Below, piece by piece: positions 28,521 through 37,128 of a stretch of DNA of 64,000 nucleotides. Within the stretch, counting starts at the first letter, position 1; the number at the start of each line of letters is the position of its first letter. The notes below the pieces were generated by a model. It saw only the letters and a list, made by a program, of their open reading frames with translations, did no database searches and had not been told where the DNA came from. Location of the stretch: positions 4,524-68,523 of the forward strand of contig JAQBQQ010000017.1 of the NCBI GenBank assembly GCA_028286915.1. The letters are read 5' to 3'. This DNA comes from Candidatus Peribacteria bacterium. GTDB taxonomy: Bacteria > Patescibacteriota > Gracilibacteria > Peribacterales > Peribacteraceae. The position numbers and the translations under genes were made by a program.

Positions 28521-28566
28521 TTGACATCCCATCTCACACACCATAACATTCAACCAAATGGTTGAA
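28521..28566 (+). promoter_or_regulatory. arsR promoter TTGACA-17-TAACAT plus inverted repeat TTCAACCA-AA-TGGTTGAA over the start site
   Basis: -35 at 28521-28526, -10 at 28544-28549, ATG 28558 (8 nt later). IR 28549-28566 resembles ArsR/SmtB TGAA..TTCA operators. Confidence 0.6.
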
Positions 28567-28893
28567 CTTTCTTTGGGACTCAGCTTGGACAATATCTTCG
28601 CCTCGTTGGCCGACCCGACGCGCAGGGATATTCTGCGGCAGGTAGCCATAAAGGAGCTGTCGGTATCGGACATTGCCAAGGCGTATAATCTCACTTTTGC
28701 CGCCATCTCCAAGCACCTCAAGGTTCTGGAAAGGGCCAAGCTGATAACCAAGCGTAAGGAGGGGCGTGAACAGATTGTGCAACTGGCGCCGTCTACCATG
28801 AAGGACGCTACAGAATACCTGCGCACCTATGAAAAACTCTGGAACGACCGGTTCGATGCATTGGATGCTTACTTAAAAACTCTTCCCAAATAG
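28558..28893 (+). CDS. ArsR/SmtB-family transcriptional regulator
   Basis: LADPTRRDILRQV...LSVSDIAKAYNLTFAAISKHLKVLERAKLI winged-HTH signature. Confidence 0.9.
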   Translation: MVELSLGLSLDNIFASLADPTRRDILRQVAIKELSVSDIAKAYNLTFAAISKHLKVLERAKLITKRKEGREQIVQLAPSTMKDATEYLRTYEKLWNDRFDALDAYLKTLPK

Positions 28894-28935
28894 CCAAGAC
28901 TCAAAACTCAAGATTCAAGATTCATCCCCCTTTCT

Positions 28936-29376
28936 ATGACTCCCTCCACTCTCGACCTCACTATTACCCGTACATTCTCCGTCCCGCGCGAAGCCGTTTG
29001 GCTGGCATGGACGAACGGCGACCGCATACGGCAGTGGAGCTGCCCGAAGGATTTTGAAATTACACTGGGTGAAACGGATTTGCGCGTTGGCGGAACGTAC
29101 CGTTGTGTCATGGTGGCACCGGATGGAACAGAACATATTGTGGTGGGGGAATATAAAGAAATGGTGGAGCCTGAGAAGCTGGTGATGACCCATGCCTGGG
29201 AAAATGATGGTGAAGCCGGCCCCGAGACAATTGTTACCGTACATTTGGCGGATAACGGCGACGGCACGACCACCATGATGTTTCACCAGACCGGCTTTTT
29301 ATACGAAGATGACCGCGACGGGCATAGAGACGGCTGGAACGAATGTTTCGACAAGCTGGAAAAACTTCTTTCATGA
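28936..29376 (+). CDS. SRPBCC/AHSA1 (Aha1-like) domain protein, paralog 1
   Basis: TITRTFSVPREAVWLAWTN...W N-terminal signature. Confidence 0.85.
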   Translation: MTPSTLDLTITRTFSVPREAVWLAWTNGDRIRQWSCPKDFEITLGETDLRVGGTYRCVMVAPDGTEHIVVGEYKEMVEPEKLVMTHAWENDGEAGPETIVTVHLADNGDGTTTMMFHQTGFLYEDDRDGHRDGWNECFDKLEKLLS

Positions 29377-29411
29377 CTCAAAATTCAAGACTCATTCTTC
29401 CCCCTCGCACT

Positions 29412-29912
29412 ATGACAACCGTACCCGCCGATACTTTCACCACTTCCCGCACATTCAATGCACCGCTGGCTGCCGTATGGAGTGCCTTTACGGATGCCGA
29501 CAAACTCACCAAATGGTGGGGACCGAAAGACTTTGCCATGAATGACTATACGCTCGATTTTCGTTCGGGCGGCGTGTTTCTTTACAGTATGACTCCTCCG
29601 GGCGCCTCCGCCATGTGGGGTAAGTTTATATATGAAGAAATTGAGCCCATGAAAAAAATCACGTTCATCAATTCCTTTTCGGATGCCGATGGCGGCGTCA
29701 CGCGTAATCCATGGAATCCCACATGGCCGTTGGAAGTACATAACACGCTTATGTTTGAAGAAGTGGATGGTCACACTACCCTTACGCTGGTTGGCGGGCC
29801 TATCAATGCCAGCGAGGAAGAAATAAAAATGTTCGGCGAAGGTACGGCAGATATGACAAAAGGTTTCAACGGAACATGGGACCAGCTGGAAGAATTCCTC
29901 AAAAATTCCTAA
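29412..29912 (+). CDS. SRPBCC/AHSA1 domain protein, paralog 2
   Basis: TTSRTFNAPLAAVWSAFTDADKLTKWWGPK. Start chosen by alignment with the paralogs (alternative ATG at 29373). Confidence 0.8.
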   Translation: MTTVPADTFTTSRTFNAPLAAVWSAFTDADKLTKWWGPKDFAMNDYTLDFRSGGVFLYSMTPPGASAMWGKFIYEEIEPMKKITFINSFSDADGGVTRNPWNPTWPLEVHNTLMFEEVDGHTTLTLVGGPINASEEEIKMFGEGTADMTKGFNGTWDQLEEFLKNS

Positions 29913-29961
29913 TTCTTATCCTTTATTTCTTTTACTTCTTCTATTTCTTACCTTCACCATT

Positions 29962-30444
29962 ATGGCTACCAAAACTCTCCACATTACCCGTATATTTAAT
30001 GCCCCGCGCGAAACCGTCTGGAAAGCTTTTACCGAATCCGAACAGATCATGAAATGGTGGGGCCCGAAAGATTTTACATCGCCCTCCGCCAGAGTGGATT
30101 TGCGCGTCGGCGGCACATATCTCTTTTGCATGCACGGTCCGGCAGGGACTCAGTTTGATAAAGACATGTGGAGCACGGGCACCTATAAGGAAATCATTCC
30201 TCTGGAGAAAATTGTCGCCACAGATAATTTTTCCGACGAACACGGTACTATTATTTCTCCCGAAGACTACGGCATGCCGGGGGAGTGGCCGGAGCAGATG
30301 ATCGTAACATTTGTCTTTGAAGATGCCGGTAAAGGCAAAACAAAGCTGACACTCACGCACACCGGTCACCCGGAGGAAATGGCTCACTTGGCCGAGGCGG
30401 GTTGGAACCAGTCGCTGGATAAATTTGCTGCTATACTTAACTGA
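29962..30444 (+). CDS. SRPBCC/AHSA1 domain protein, paralog 3
   Basis: HITRIFNAPRETVWKAFTESEQIMKWWGPK. Confidence 0.85.
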   Translation: MATKTLHITRIFNAPRETVWKAFTESEQIMKWWGPKDFTSPSARVDLRVGGTYLFCMHGPAGTQFDKDMWSTGTYKEIIPLEKIVATDNFSDEHGTIISPEDYGMPGEWPEQMIVTFVFEDAGKGKTKLTLTHTGHPEEMAHLAEAGWNQSLDKFAAILN

Positions 30445-30463
30445 CTTTCCTTCCATTATTTCT

Positions 30464-31003
30464 ATGCTTCCCGTTATTCTTTCCATCCTCGTTGTTCTCA
30501 TAGTCGTTCTTCTGGTGCTTATTGTCCTGCAGCCGAATGAAGTACGGTACACGCGCAGCACGACGGTGAATGCCCCTGCAAGTGCAGTATTTCCGCTTAT
30601 TAATGATTTTCATAAATGGACTGACTGGTCGCCTTGGGAAAAATTAGATCCGAATACCAGAAAAATGTATGGCGGTCCTGACAGCGGGGTCGGTTCCACC
30701 TATGCCTGGGAAGGCAATAAAAATGTCGGCTCCGGTCACATGAAAATTCTGGAGAGCCATCCGCATATGCTTGTGCGCATCGCCTTGGAATTCCTGAAAC
30801 CCATCAAAGGAAGCAATATCACCGATTTTACGTTTGAGGAAAAGAATGGCACCACAGTTGTCACGCAGACTATGTCCGGACCGAACAGTCTGATGGGTAA
30901 AGTGATGGGTTTGATAATGGATATGGACAAGAAAATGATCGGGCCGAACTTTGAGAAAGGTCTGGCGGATATCAAGGCCATCGCAGAAGGAGCGGCCAAA
31001 TAG
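30464..31003 (+). CDS. membrane-anchored SRPBCC (polyketide-cyclase-like) protein
   Basis: N-terminal TM helix, then VNAPASAVFPLINDFHKWTDWSPW. Confidence 0.7.
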   Translation: MLPVILSILVVLIVVLLVLIVLQPNEVRYTRSTTVNAPASAVFPLINDFHKWTDWSPWEKLDPNTRKMYGGPDSGVGSTYAWEGNKNVGSGHMKILESHPHMLVRIALEFLKPIKGSNITDFTFEEKNGTTVVTQTMSGPNSLMGKVMGLIMDMDKKMIGPNFEKGLADIKAIAEGAAK

Positions 31004-31026
31004 TTATTTGTTTTTACGTGCACCCC

Positions 31027-31065
31027 GAGCCTGTCGTCCTTCGTCTTCACTCAGAATGACAGGCT
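31027..31065. repeat. hairpin containing the GAGCCTGTCG core (same family as 44014-44127)
   Basis: AGCCTGTC (31028-31035) pairs with GACAGGCT (31058-31065). Intergenic. Confidence 0.5.
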
Positions 31066-31105
31066 AACGTCTCAAGGCAGGATAATATTTTATTCACCCT
31101 CTTTT

Positions 31106-31585
31106 ATGACTGATCAGCATACGACAACTCCGGACCGTGAAATCCGTACCACCCGCACGTTTCATGCGCCCATAGAGCGCGTGTGGGAAGTATGGACCAA
31201 CCCGGATCACATAGCTCTGTGGTGGGGGCCGGCCGGCTTTACGAATACTATCGAACAGATGGAGGTAAAACCCGGCGGTACCTGGCGCTTTATTATGCAT
31301 GGCCCCGATGGCAGGGACTGGCCGAACGTGATTGTCTACGAAGAGGTAGTGCCGCACGAGCGCCTTGTCTATAACCATGGCTCCGATGACCCGAAGGACC
31401 CGAACCATTTCCGTGTCACCGTTACATTCGAAGAGCAGAGTGGCAGCACCAAGCTCAGTATGATTATGCAGTTTGATACAGCAGCCGAACGTGACAAGGT
31501 GGTAGAGGAAGTTGGTGCCATTGAAGGCCAGAAGCAGACTATGGACAAGCTGGAAGAGTATTTATCGCGTGACCAGTCGAACTAA
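31106..31585 (+). CDS. SRPBCC/AHSA1 domain protein, paralog 4
   Basis: RTTRTFHAPIERVWEVWTNPDHIALWWGP. Confidence 0.85.
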   Translation: MTDQHTTTPDREIRTTRTFHAPIERVWEVWTNPDHIALWWGPAGFTNTIEQMEVKPGGTWRFIMHGPDGRDWPNVIVYEEVVPHERLVYNHGSDDPKDPNHFRVTVTFEEQSGSTKLSMIMQFDTAAERDKVVEEVGAIEGQKQTMDKLEEYLSRDQSN

Positions 31586-31616
31586 TCGAATTCTATTTTT
31601 TCTCTTCTCTTCTCTC

Positions 31617-32012
31617 ATGAACACTACTTCTCCAGGTACCAAAACTGATCGCATTATCTACCGGGTTTCCACGGCGCTGATTGTGCTGCTGATCGCCTTG
31701 CCGGCTGTCACGTTTTATACGGACTTTGCCTTAAACTCTATTCAGCATTTAGGTTTTCCTGCATATTTCGGTATTGAAGACGGCATTGCCAAGGTTATCG
31801 GCGGTATCGTACTGGCTGTGCCTATGGTTCCGATGCGTTTCAAGGAATGGGCATATGTCGGTTATGGCATCGATTTCATTTCCGCCATCATTGCCAATGC
31901 GGTCGTCATCGGCCCGGGCATGGCCATGCTTCCGGTTGTGGCCCTTATTGTGCTTGCCGTGTCGTACATCTACTTCCATAAGACGCATGTGGTGTATGCA
32001 CCAGGAATCTAA
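31617..32012 (+). CDS. DoxX-like small membrane protein
   Basis: Four hydrophobic helices and about 130 aa, in the position typical of ArsR-AHSA1-DoxX clusters. Start trimmed to the ATG at 31617. Confidence 0.55.
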   Translation: MNTTSPGTKTDRIIYRVSTALIVLLIALPAVTFYTDFALNSIQHLGFPAYFGIEDGIAKVIGGIVLAVPMVPMRFKEWAYVGYGIDFISAIIANAVVIGPGMAMLPVVALIVLAVSYIYFHKTHVVYAPGI

Positions 32013-32060
32013 AATTGTGTTATTATTTACGCCCTTATCATTCGTTATCTTTCTTCTGCC

Positions 32061-33521
32061 ATGACTTTATCCTCCAGTATTTCCGCCGGAATAAACCCGC
32101 ATCATAATGGCCGTTGGCTGGCGCTGATGGTTTTGTGTCTCGGCTCGCTCATGATTGTTCTGGATACGACTATTGTGAACGTTGCCCTGCCATCTATCCG
32201 AACCGATCTTGGCTTTTCCGAAACATCGCTGGCCTGGGTGGTGAATGCGTATTTACTCACGTTTGGCGGGTTTCTGCTGCTTGGCGGACGGTTAGGGGAT
32301 TTGTATGGTTACCGGAAGCTGTTTCTTGTGGGCATTGTGCTCTTTACGCTGGCATCGTTGTCCTGCGGTCTGGCCGGTACGCAGTGGACGCTGATTGTTG
32401 CCCGCGCATTGCAGGGAGTTGGCGGCGCTATTGTGTCGGCTGTCTCGCTGTCACTCACCATGAATCTTTTTACCGAACCTGCTGACCGCGCAAAGGCAAT
32501 GGGTGTATTTGGGTTCGTCTCGGCTGGCGGCGGCAGTATCGGCGTGCTTTTAGGTGGTTTACTGACAGGTACGCTCAACTGGCACTGGATTTTTCTGGTG
32601 AATATTCCGGTGGGCATTCTGGTGTCTATACTTTCTTTCTTTCTCATTCCCAAGATGCAGGATGAGGCGTCCGGACATTTGGATGTTGCCGGTGCAGTCA
32701 CCGTTACCACATCGTTAATGCTGGCGGTGTATGCCATTGTGAATGGCAACCAGAATGGTTGGACATCCAGTCTGACGCTCGGCCTGCTTGCCGCTGCCGC
32801 TTTGCTGCTGGCACTCTTTGTATGGGTTGAATCGCGCGTTCAGTCGCCTATGATTCCGCTCAAGTTTTTCCGTCTTCGTAACGTTGTGACCGCCAATATT
32901 GTCGGCGTTCTTTGGGCCGCTTCCATGTTCGCGTGGTTCTTTATTTCGGCGCTGTATCTTCAATTGGTTCTTGGCTACACGCCGCTGCAAGTCGGTTTAT
33001 CGTTTTTACCGGCCAACCTGATTATGGCTGCTTTTTCGCTGGGGCTGTCCGCCAAAATTGTCATGAAGTTCGGCATTCGCCGGCCGTTGGCAATCGGACT
33101 TTTTACTGCTGCCTGCGGTCTGGCCTGGTTTGCACGCTCGCCGGTAGCCGGTAATTTTACGTTTGATGTTTTGCCGGGAATGATTCTGCTGGGCGTTGGC
33201 GGCGGCATTGCCTTTAATCCCATGCTGCTTGCGGCCATGAGCGATGTGGAACCGCATGAATCCGGTTTGGCTTCCGGCATTGTGAACACCGCATTCATGA
33301 TGGGCGGCGCACTTGGCCTGGCAATTCTGGCCAGCCTCGCGGCATCGCGTACCGGCAGTTTGGTGGCAGCCGGTAGCGATCACCTGGTGGCGCTGAACGG
33401 CGGTTATCACGCGGCATTTTTGGTCGGGGCATTGTTCGCTGTTGCAGCGGCTATCATTGGTGGAGCGTTCTTGCGGATTTCGGGCGTGCCGGTATCGCCG
33501 GATATGGCGCATGGCGTATAG
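32061..33521 (+). CDS. MFS transporter, 14-TMS DHA2 (EmrB/QacA) type
   Basis: LDTTIVNVALPSI and GRLGDLYGYRK motifs. 486 aa. Confidence 0.9.
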   Translation: MTLSSSISAGINPHHNGRWLALMVLCLGSLMIVLDTTIVNVALPSIRTDLGFSETSLAWVVNAYLLTFGGFLLLGGRLGDLYGYRKLFLVGIVLFTLASLSCGLAGTQWTLIVARALQGVGGAIVSAVSLSLTMNLFTEPADRAKAMGVFGFVSAGGGSIGVLLGGLLTGTLNWHWIFLVNIPVGILVSILSFFLIPKMQDEASGHLDVAGAVTVTTSLMLAVYAIVNGNQNGWTSSLTLGLLAAAALLLALFVWVESRVQSPMIPLKFFRLRNVVTANIVGVLWAASMFAWFFISALYLQLVLGYTPLQVGLSFLPANLIMAAFSLGLSAKIVMKFGIRRPLAIGLFTAACGLAWFARSPVAGNFTFDVLPGMILLGVGGGIAFNPMLLAAMSDVEPHESGLASGIVNTAFMMGGALGLAILASLAASRTGSLVAAGSDHLVALNGGYHAAFLVGALFAVAAAIIGGAFLRISGVPVSPDMAHGV

Positions 33522-33571
33522 GCTGCTTTTTCCCCCTGCCTCTTCCCACTCTGCCCTCTTTTCTATTCACT

Positions 33572-34624
33572 ATGCACGCTCCTGCTTTTGACCTGAAAAT
33601 TTTTGCATTCTCACTGGCATTTTTCCTTGTCGCTTGCCGAGGCAGCATGCCTTTAGCCAAGACCGCCGTTGTATCAGACAATTCTGTGAGCGTTTCCAGT
33701 TCATCACTTCCGGTTGTCGCTTCATTGGATCCGGCTGACATACATACGTATACAAATCCCGGGTTTCATTATACGGTTTCCTATCCCTCGTTGTGGAAAG
33801 TGAGTTCGTATGCGGATCAGACGCCTGCTAGTGTTCGCCTCTGGCAGTTTGATGATCCTTTGGATGAGAACAGTGACAATCATCCGACACTCACTATTGA
33901 TTCATACTTTCATACAACAGTAGATGATGTAGCGAAGCGGCTCATTGATACAACTTTTATGAATCCTACGAAGATACTACTTAATAACCAGCCGGCGGTT
34001 TACGCCACAAGAGATAGCGGCAGGGAAGTTGATACTTTGTATCTGCTGGAAAGCAGTGACACAGCATATGTTCTTACTGTCTCCCATCAATCAGCAGACG
34101 TGCAACATAGTGGCATTGCCATTGCACGTACGTTTACCATATTGCCTGAGGTTCCGTATGCAAAAGATGCCGGCAAAGATCTTACCGTCAAGGCAGGCGA
34201 GCCTATCAGTTTCTCCACACAAGACTTGTTGGTGAAAAAAATTAAGAAAGATACTGTCGATGTTTCAGTCTTTTTCACGCATCAGCTTGCCGAAACAGCC
34301 AAAGAATGCGGTCCCAAACGTCCTGACGGATATTTCACGAAGCTGGATGCCGCTTTCCGTGGCAGCAAGGCCGTGCGGTATCAGATTATTGATGCGCACT
34401 ATCCTTTACGGACAGCTTTTGAGATCGTCGTTGCGCCTAACAAAATGCATTACCAGGATCAGCAATCATTTGGAGAAGACTTTTTCAGTTGCGGTGCCGG
34501 TGGGGACTTCCCATATGCGCTGAGTAAAAATTGGCTGGTCTTTATAAGTGCCTGCGGAGGCGTAGCACCGGACCCCTGCTCCGATTATGAGGCAGTTACC
34601 AAACCGACCGTAGCCATAAAGTAG
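33572..34624 (+). CDS. hypothetical lipoprotein
   Basis: Signal peptide with lipobox LVAC. No catalytic motif recognised. Confidence 0.5.
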   Translation: MHAPAFDLKIFAFSLAFFLVACRGSMPLAKTAVVSDNSVSVSSSSLPVVASLDPADIHTYTNPGFHYTVSYPSLWKVSSYADQTPASVRLWQFDDPLDENSDNHPTLTIDSYFHTTVDDVAKRLIDTTFMNPTKILLNNQPAVYATRDSGREVDTLYLLESSDTAYVLTVSHQSADVQHSGIAIARTFTILPEVPYAKDAGKDLTVKAGEPISFSTQDLLVKKIKKDTVDVSVFFTHQLAETAKECGPKRPDGYFTKLDAAFRGSKAVRYQIIDAHYPLRTAFEIVVAPNKMHYQDQQSFGEDFFSCGAGGDFPYALSKNWLVFISACGGVAPDPCSDYEAVTKPTVAIK

Positions 34625-34741
34625 GTAGCGGTACTGTTTTTTACTGAAAAAAGTATGCGTATGGTAAGTTCGGCAAATAAATATTGATGCCAACATACTT
34701 CATGAGTAGTATAGTGGTTTTATTCTTTCCCACTCTTTAGT

Positions 34742-35134
34742 ATGAGCAATCCCGTTATTCACTTCGAGATTCAGGCAGACAATATTGAGCGCGCCAAGAA
34801 ATTTTATGAAGAAGCTTTCGGTTGGAAAGTAGAGCAAATGATGACAAAAGAACAGGGAGGTATGGACTATTGGGGTCTTACTACGCGTCCAGAAGGACAG
34901 CCTGGCATCAATGGCGGTCTGTATCAGCGCCCTGCACAGAATGAGATACACACTTATGATTGCACTATTCAGGTTGAAGATCTGGATATGGCAGTGGAAG
35001 CCGTGAAAAAGAGCGGCGGTACCATTACGCAGGAAAAGAGTGAAATACCCGGCGTGGGCTGGTTCGCCAGAGCCCTGGACACCGAAGGTAATAAAGTCGG
35101 CCTCATGCAGCCAACGGAGTGGCAGGCAAAGTAG
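34742..35134 (+). CDS. VOC/glyoxalase-family protein
   Basis: VIHFEIQADNIERAKKFYEEAFGW... and the C-terminal GWFARALDTEGNKVGL pattern. Confidence 0.85.
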   Translation: MSNPVIHFEIQADNIERAKKFYEEAFGWKVEQMMTKEQGGMDYWGLTTRPEGQPGINGGLYQRPAQNEIHTYDCTIQVEDLDMAVEAVKKSGGTITQEKSEIPGVGWFARALDTEGNKVGLMQPTEWQAK

Positions 35135-35146
35135 GTATTTATTTGT

Positions 35147-35197
35147 TCGCTCGTTGCCCGATGAATGTCATATAGGCAACGAGCGATACTATTTTTT
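35147..35197 (+). terminator. rho-independent terminator
   Basis: 12-bp stem TCGCTCGTTGCC / GGCAACGAGCGA followed by TATTTTTT. Confidence 0.75.
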
Positions 35198-35242
35198 ACG
35201 GAGATATCCGCAGACTATCTGCAGGCAAATTAAATCGTTCTA

Positions 35243-35740
35243 TTATGCTGTCATGGAACCATTTTCCTTTTTCTTTGAAACAACCGCCATCCAGCGTAGC
35301 TGAATATCCGTATTTTGCTTGGCATACCATACGTCATCATAATCCATCCATAGACGCATAAATATCAGTTTTTCGATTTTTTCCAGTGTGCCAAATTCAG
35401 GATCGGCAAGAAGAATATGGTCTTTCTGTACACTATCCACGACGCTGAAATGTCCCATATATCCATACTTCATCCACGATACGATAATCACGGCATTCTC
35501 CTTGTTTGCTCGTCTAAGATCCGTCCAAGACGTATTCCTTTTTGCACGTACTCGTAGCCCGAGCTTCTTTATTGTATGTACAAGATCAATATCAGTAAGA
35601 CCATCTTTGCGTTTATATTCAGATACTCTCGCTATCTCTTTGAACGATATAGGCAAACCCAAATAATCTACGGCCATTTTGATAGATGTCGGACCACAAT
35701 CGGAATCGTCTATTTGTTTTAATGGCAAAATCTTTATCAT
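35243..35740 (-). CDS. peptidase C39-like (papain-fold) domain protein
   Basis: QIDDSDCGPTSIKMAVDYLG catalytic-Cys context and a downstream GHFSVV His. Confidence 0.65.
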   Translation of the reverse strand: MIKILPLKQIDDSDCGPTSIKMAVDYLGLPISFKEIARVSEYKRKDGLTDIDLVHTIKKLGLRVRAKRNTSWTDLRRANKENAVIIVSWMKYGYMGHFSVVDSVQKDHILLADPEFGTLEKIEKLIFMRLWMDYDDVWYAKQNTDIQLRWMAVVSKKKENGSMTA

Positions 35741-35785
35741 ACAAGCAGTTTATATGAAGAACGACTGACTTAATAACTTAATATA

Positions 35786-35816
35786 TGGAGTGGGTTACTG
35801 GAATCTATTACAGCCG
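35786..35816 (-). repeat. tRNA-Gly 3-prime-end-like repeat, copy 1
   Basis: TGGAGTGGGTTACTGGAATCTATTACAGCCG. Shares the exact 12-mer GGGTTACTGGAA with copies 2 and 3. Lies immediately 3-prime of the GNAT stop. Confidence 0.6.
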
Positions 35817-36290
35817 TCATGAGTCCTTCTGGGAGCCTATGTCTCTGAATGTAAGCTCGATCATTCCATCTTGATTGGGGGTGATAGGGCAACATGCCCA
35901 TCCATTTTTCTCAAAAAAAGTTTTTGCTTTGGGATTCCTAACATCGACAAAAGTCTTCCACATTTGCTCCGGCTTCAAAGGGTGTAGCTTTATCAGTTCA
36001 TCCAGTGCATCAGAGCCAATGCCTTTACCACGATGAGTTGGCTTTACTGCAAAATCAGTAATGAAATAAGCAGGATGCTCTGAATCTGGAAGTATTACAC
36101 CAATTACTGCTACCAGATCATTTCCTTGAAAAACACTATAATGGCATCCATCAGCTTCCTGCATTACAGCATGAAGCCATTCATCATCTTTTTCCATCGG
36201 CCCAAGGTGTAGATTCAATTCGGAATCGGCATACCAGGATTGGTACTCTGAAAAATCTTCTTTTCTAAACTTAGAAAACTGCAATTGCAT
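35817..36290 (-). CDS. GNAT-family N-acetyltransferase
   Basis: AVKPTHRGKGIGSDALDELI acetyl-CoA binding motif. TATAAT lies 6 nt before the ATG. Confidence 0.8.
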   Translation of the reverse strand: MQLQFSKFRKEDFSEYQSWYADSELNLHLGPMEKDDEWLHAVMQEADGCHYSVFQGNDLVAVIGVILPDSEHPAYFITDFAVKPTHRGKGIGSDALDELIKLHPLKPEQMWKTFVDVRNPKAKTFFEKNGWACCPITPNQDGMIELTFRDIGSQKDS

Positions 36291-36368
36291 GGCCGAATTA
36301 TACCGCAGTTATGTTCCAGTTGCCGGTTACATTTTAAAACATTTCAAATAGCTCAATGGAATTGAATT

Positions 36369-36404
36369 TAGGTGGGGCGGGTTACTGGAAAATCTTACAA
36401 ACAC
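36369..36404 (-). repeat. tRNA-Gly 3-prime-end-like repeat, copy 2
   Basis: TAGGTGGGGCGGGTTACTGGAAAATCTTACAAACAC, downstream of the DHFR-like gene. Confidence 0.6.
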
Positions 36405-36444
36405 TTGTCGGCCGTAGCCCAGAGGCGAAGGATGATGGGTGCTT

Positions 36445-37011
36445 CTAGGATTTTGTGTCCATGACAGGCGCATACCGAAGGATGATGCCACCAGTGGAAA
36501 GAGGACGATCTTCCAGTAATTTGAGCTTGTGGTAGGGTGTCCCTTGAGGGAATAAGAGTTTCCCTTTGCCGAGAAAGATAGGTGCCACAAGAAGCCGGTA
36601 CTCATCGAACAACTTCTCCTTCATCAAAGTTTCCGAAAGATTGCCGCTGCCGAACACAAACATGTTTCCGGTTCCTTGCTGCTTCAATGCCGGAATCTCC
36701 GCAGCTGCATCTCGCACAATCGTGGTGTTGTTCCAATCGGCCTTGTTCAAACTACGAGAACAGACGAGTTTGCGAATGCTATTCATGAGCGCGGTTGTCT
36801 CGCCTTCACCCTCTGCGGTCTGCCAGTAAGCGGCCATTCCTTCGTACGTAGTTTTGCCAAATACCAACATGTCAGCCGATTTGAGCTGTTCGATGCCAAA
36901 TTGCTTCACCTCATCGCCCCAGATAATGTCGTGGAATGGCAAGTCCCAACTCTTCTCACCCTCAAAATAGCCATCGATGGTGATCACATTCCACATGATG
37001 AGCTTTCTCAT
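36445..37011 (-). CDS. dihydrofolate-reductase-like (RibD C-terminal domain) protein
   Basis: MRKLIMWNVITIDGYFEG... and the MFVFGSGNL pattern. Start trimmed to the ATG at 37011. Confidence 0.8.
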   Translation of the reverse strand: MRKLIMWNVITIDGYFEGEKSWDLPFHDIIWGDEVKQFGIEQLKSADMLVFGKTTYEGMAAYWQTAEGEGETTALMNSIRKLVCSRSLNKADWNNTTIVRDAAAEIPALKQQGTGNMFVFGSGNLSETLMKEKLFDEYRLLVAPIFLGKGKLLFPQGTPYHKLKLLEDRPLSTGGIILRYAPVMDTKS

Positions 37012-37080
37012 AGCGGAAGAGTAGCAGGGTTGTATTTCTGTCACTAGTTCAAAAAACAAATGGCTTACATAAGCCATAAA

Positions 37081-37116
37081 TTAGGTGGAGCGGGTTACTG
37101 GAATCTGTGACAACCG
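37081..37116 (-). repeat. tRNA-Gly 3-prime-end-like repeat, copy 3 (best copy)
   Basis: TTAGGTGGAGCGGGTTACTGGAATCTGTGACAACCG compared with the tRNA 3-prime end TGGAGCGGGTGAACGGAATCGAACCG at 38940. Same orientation as the tRNA. Confidence 0.65.
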
Positions 37117-37128
37117 TGATCTGTCCGG

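Noticed and set aside
28479-28826. 115-aa and 82-aa minus-strand ORFs
   Set aside because: They are antisense to the clearly recognisable ArsR gene and would overlap its promoter and operator.
36445-37077. Longer N-terminal extensions given in the ORF track (also 52457-53269, 41921-43399, 13821-14804, 9803-11137, 31512-32012)
   Set aside because: The extensions run through terminators, promoters or neighbouring genes and add non-homologous residues. Internal ATGs that align with family N-termini and sit 6-9 nt after -10 boxes were preferred.
35786-37116. Integron attC sites as an explanation for the repeats separating the small minus-strand genes
   Set aside because: I could not find the paired RYYYAAC / GTTRRRY core sites or the extended imperfect palindrome expected of attC, and no intI gene is present. 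Similarity to the tRNA-Gly 3-prime end explains the repeats better.
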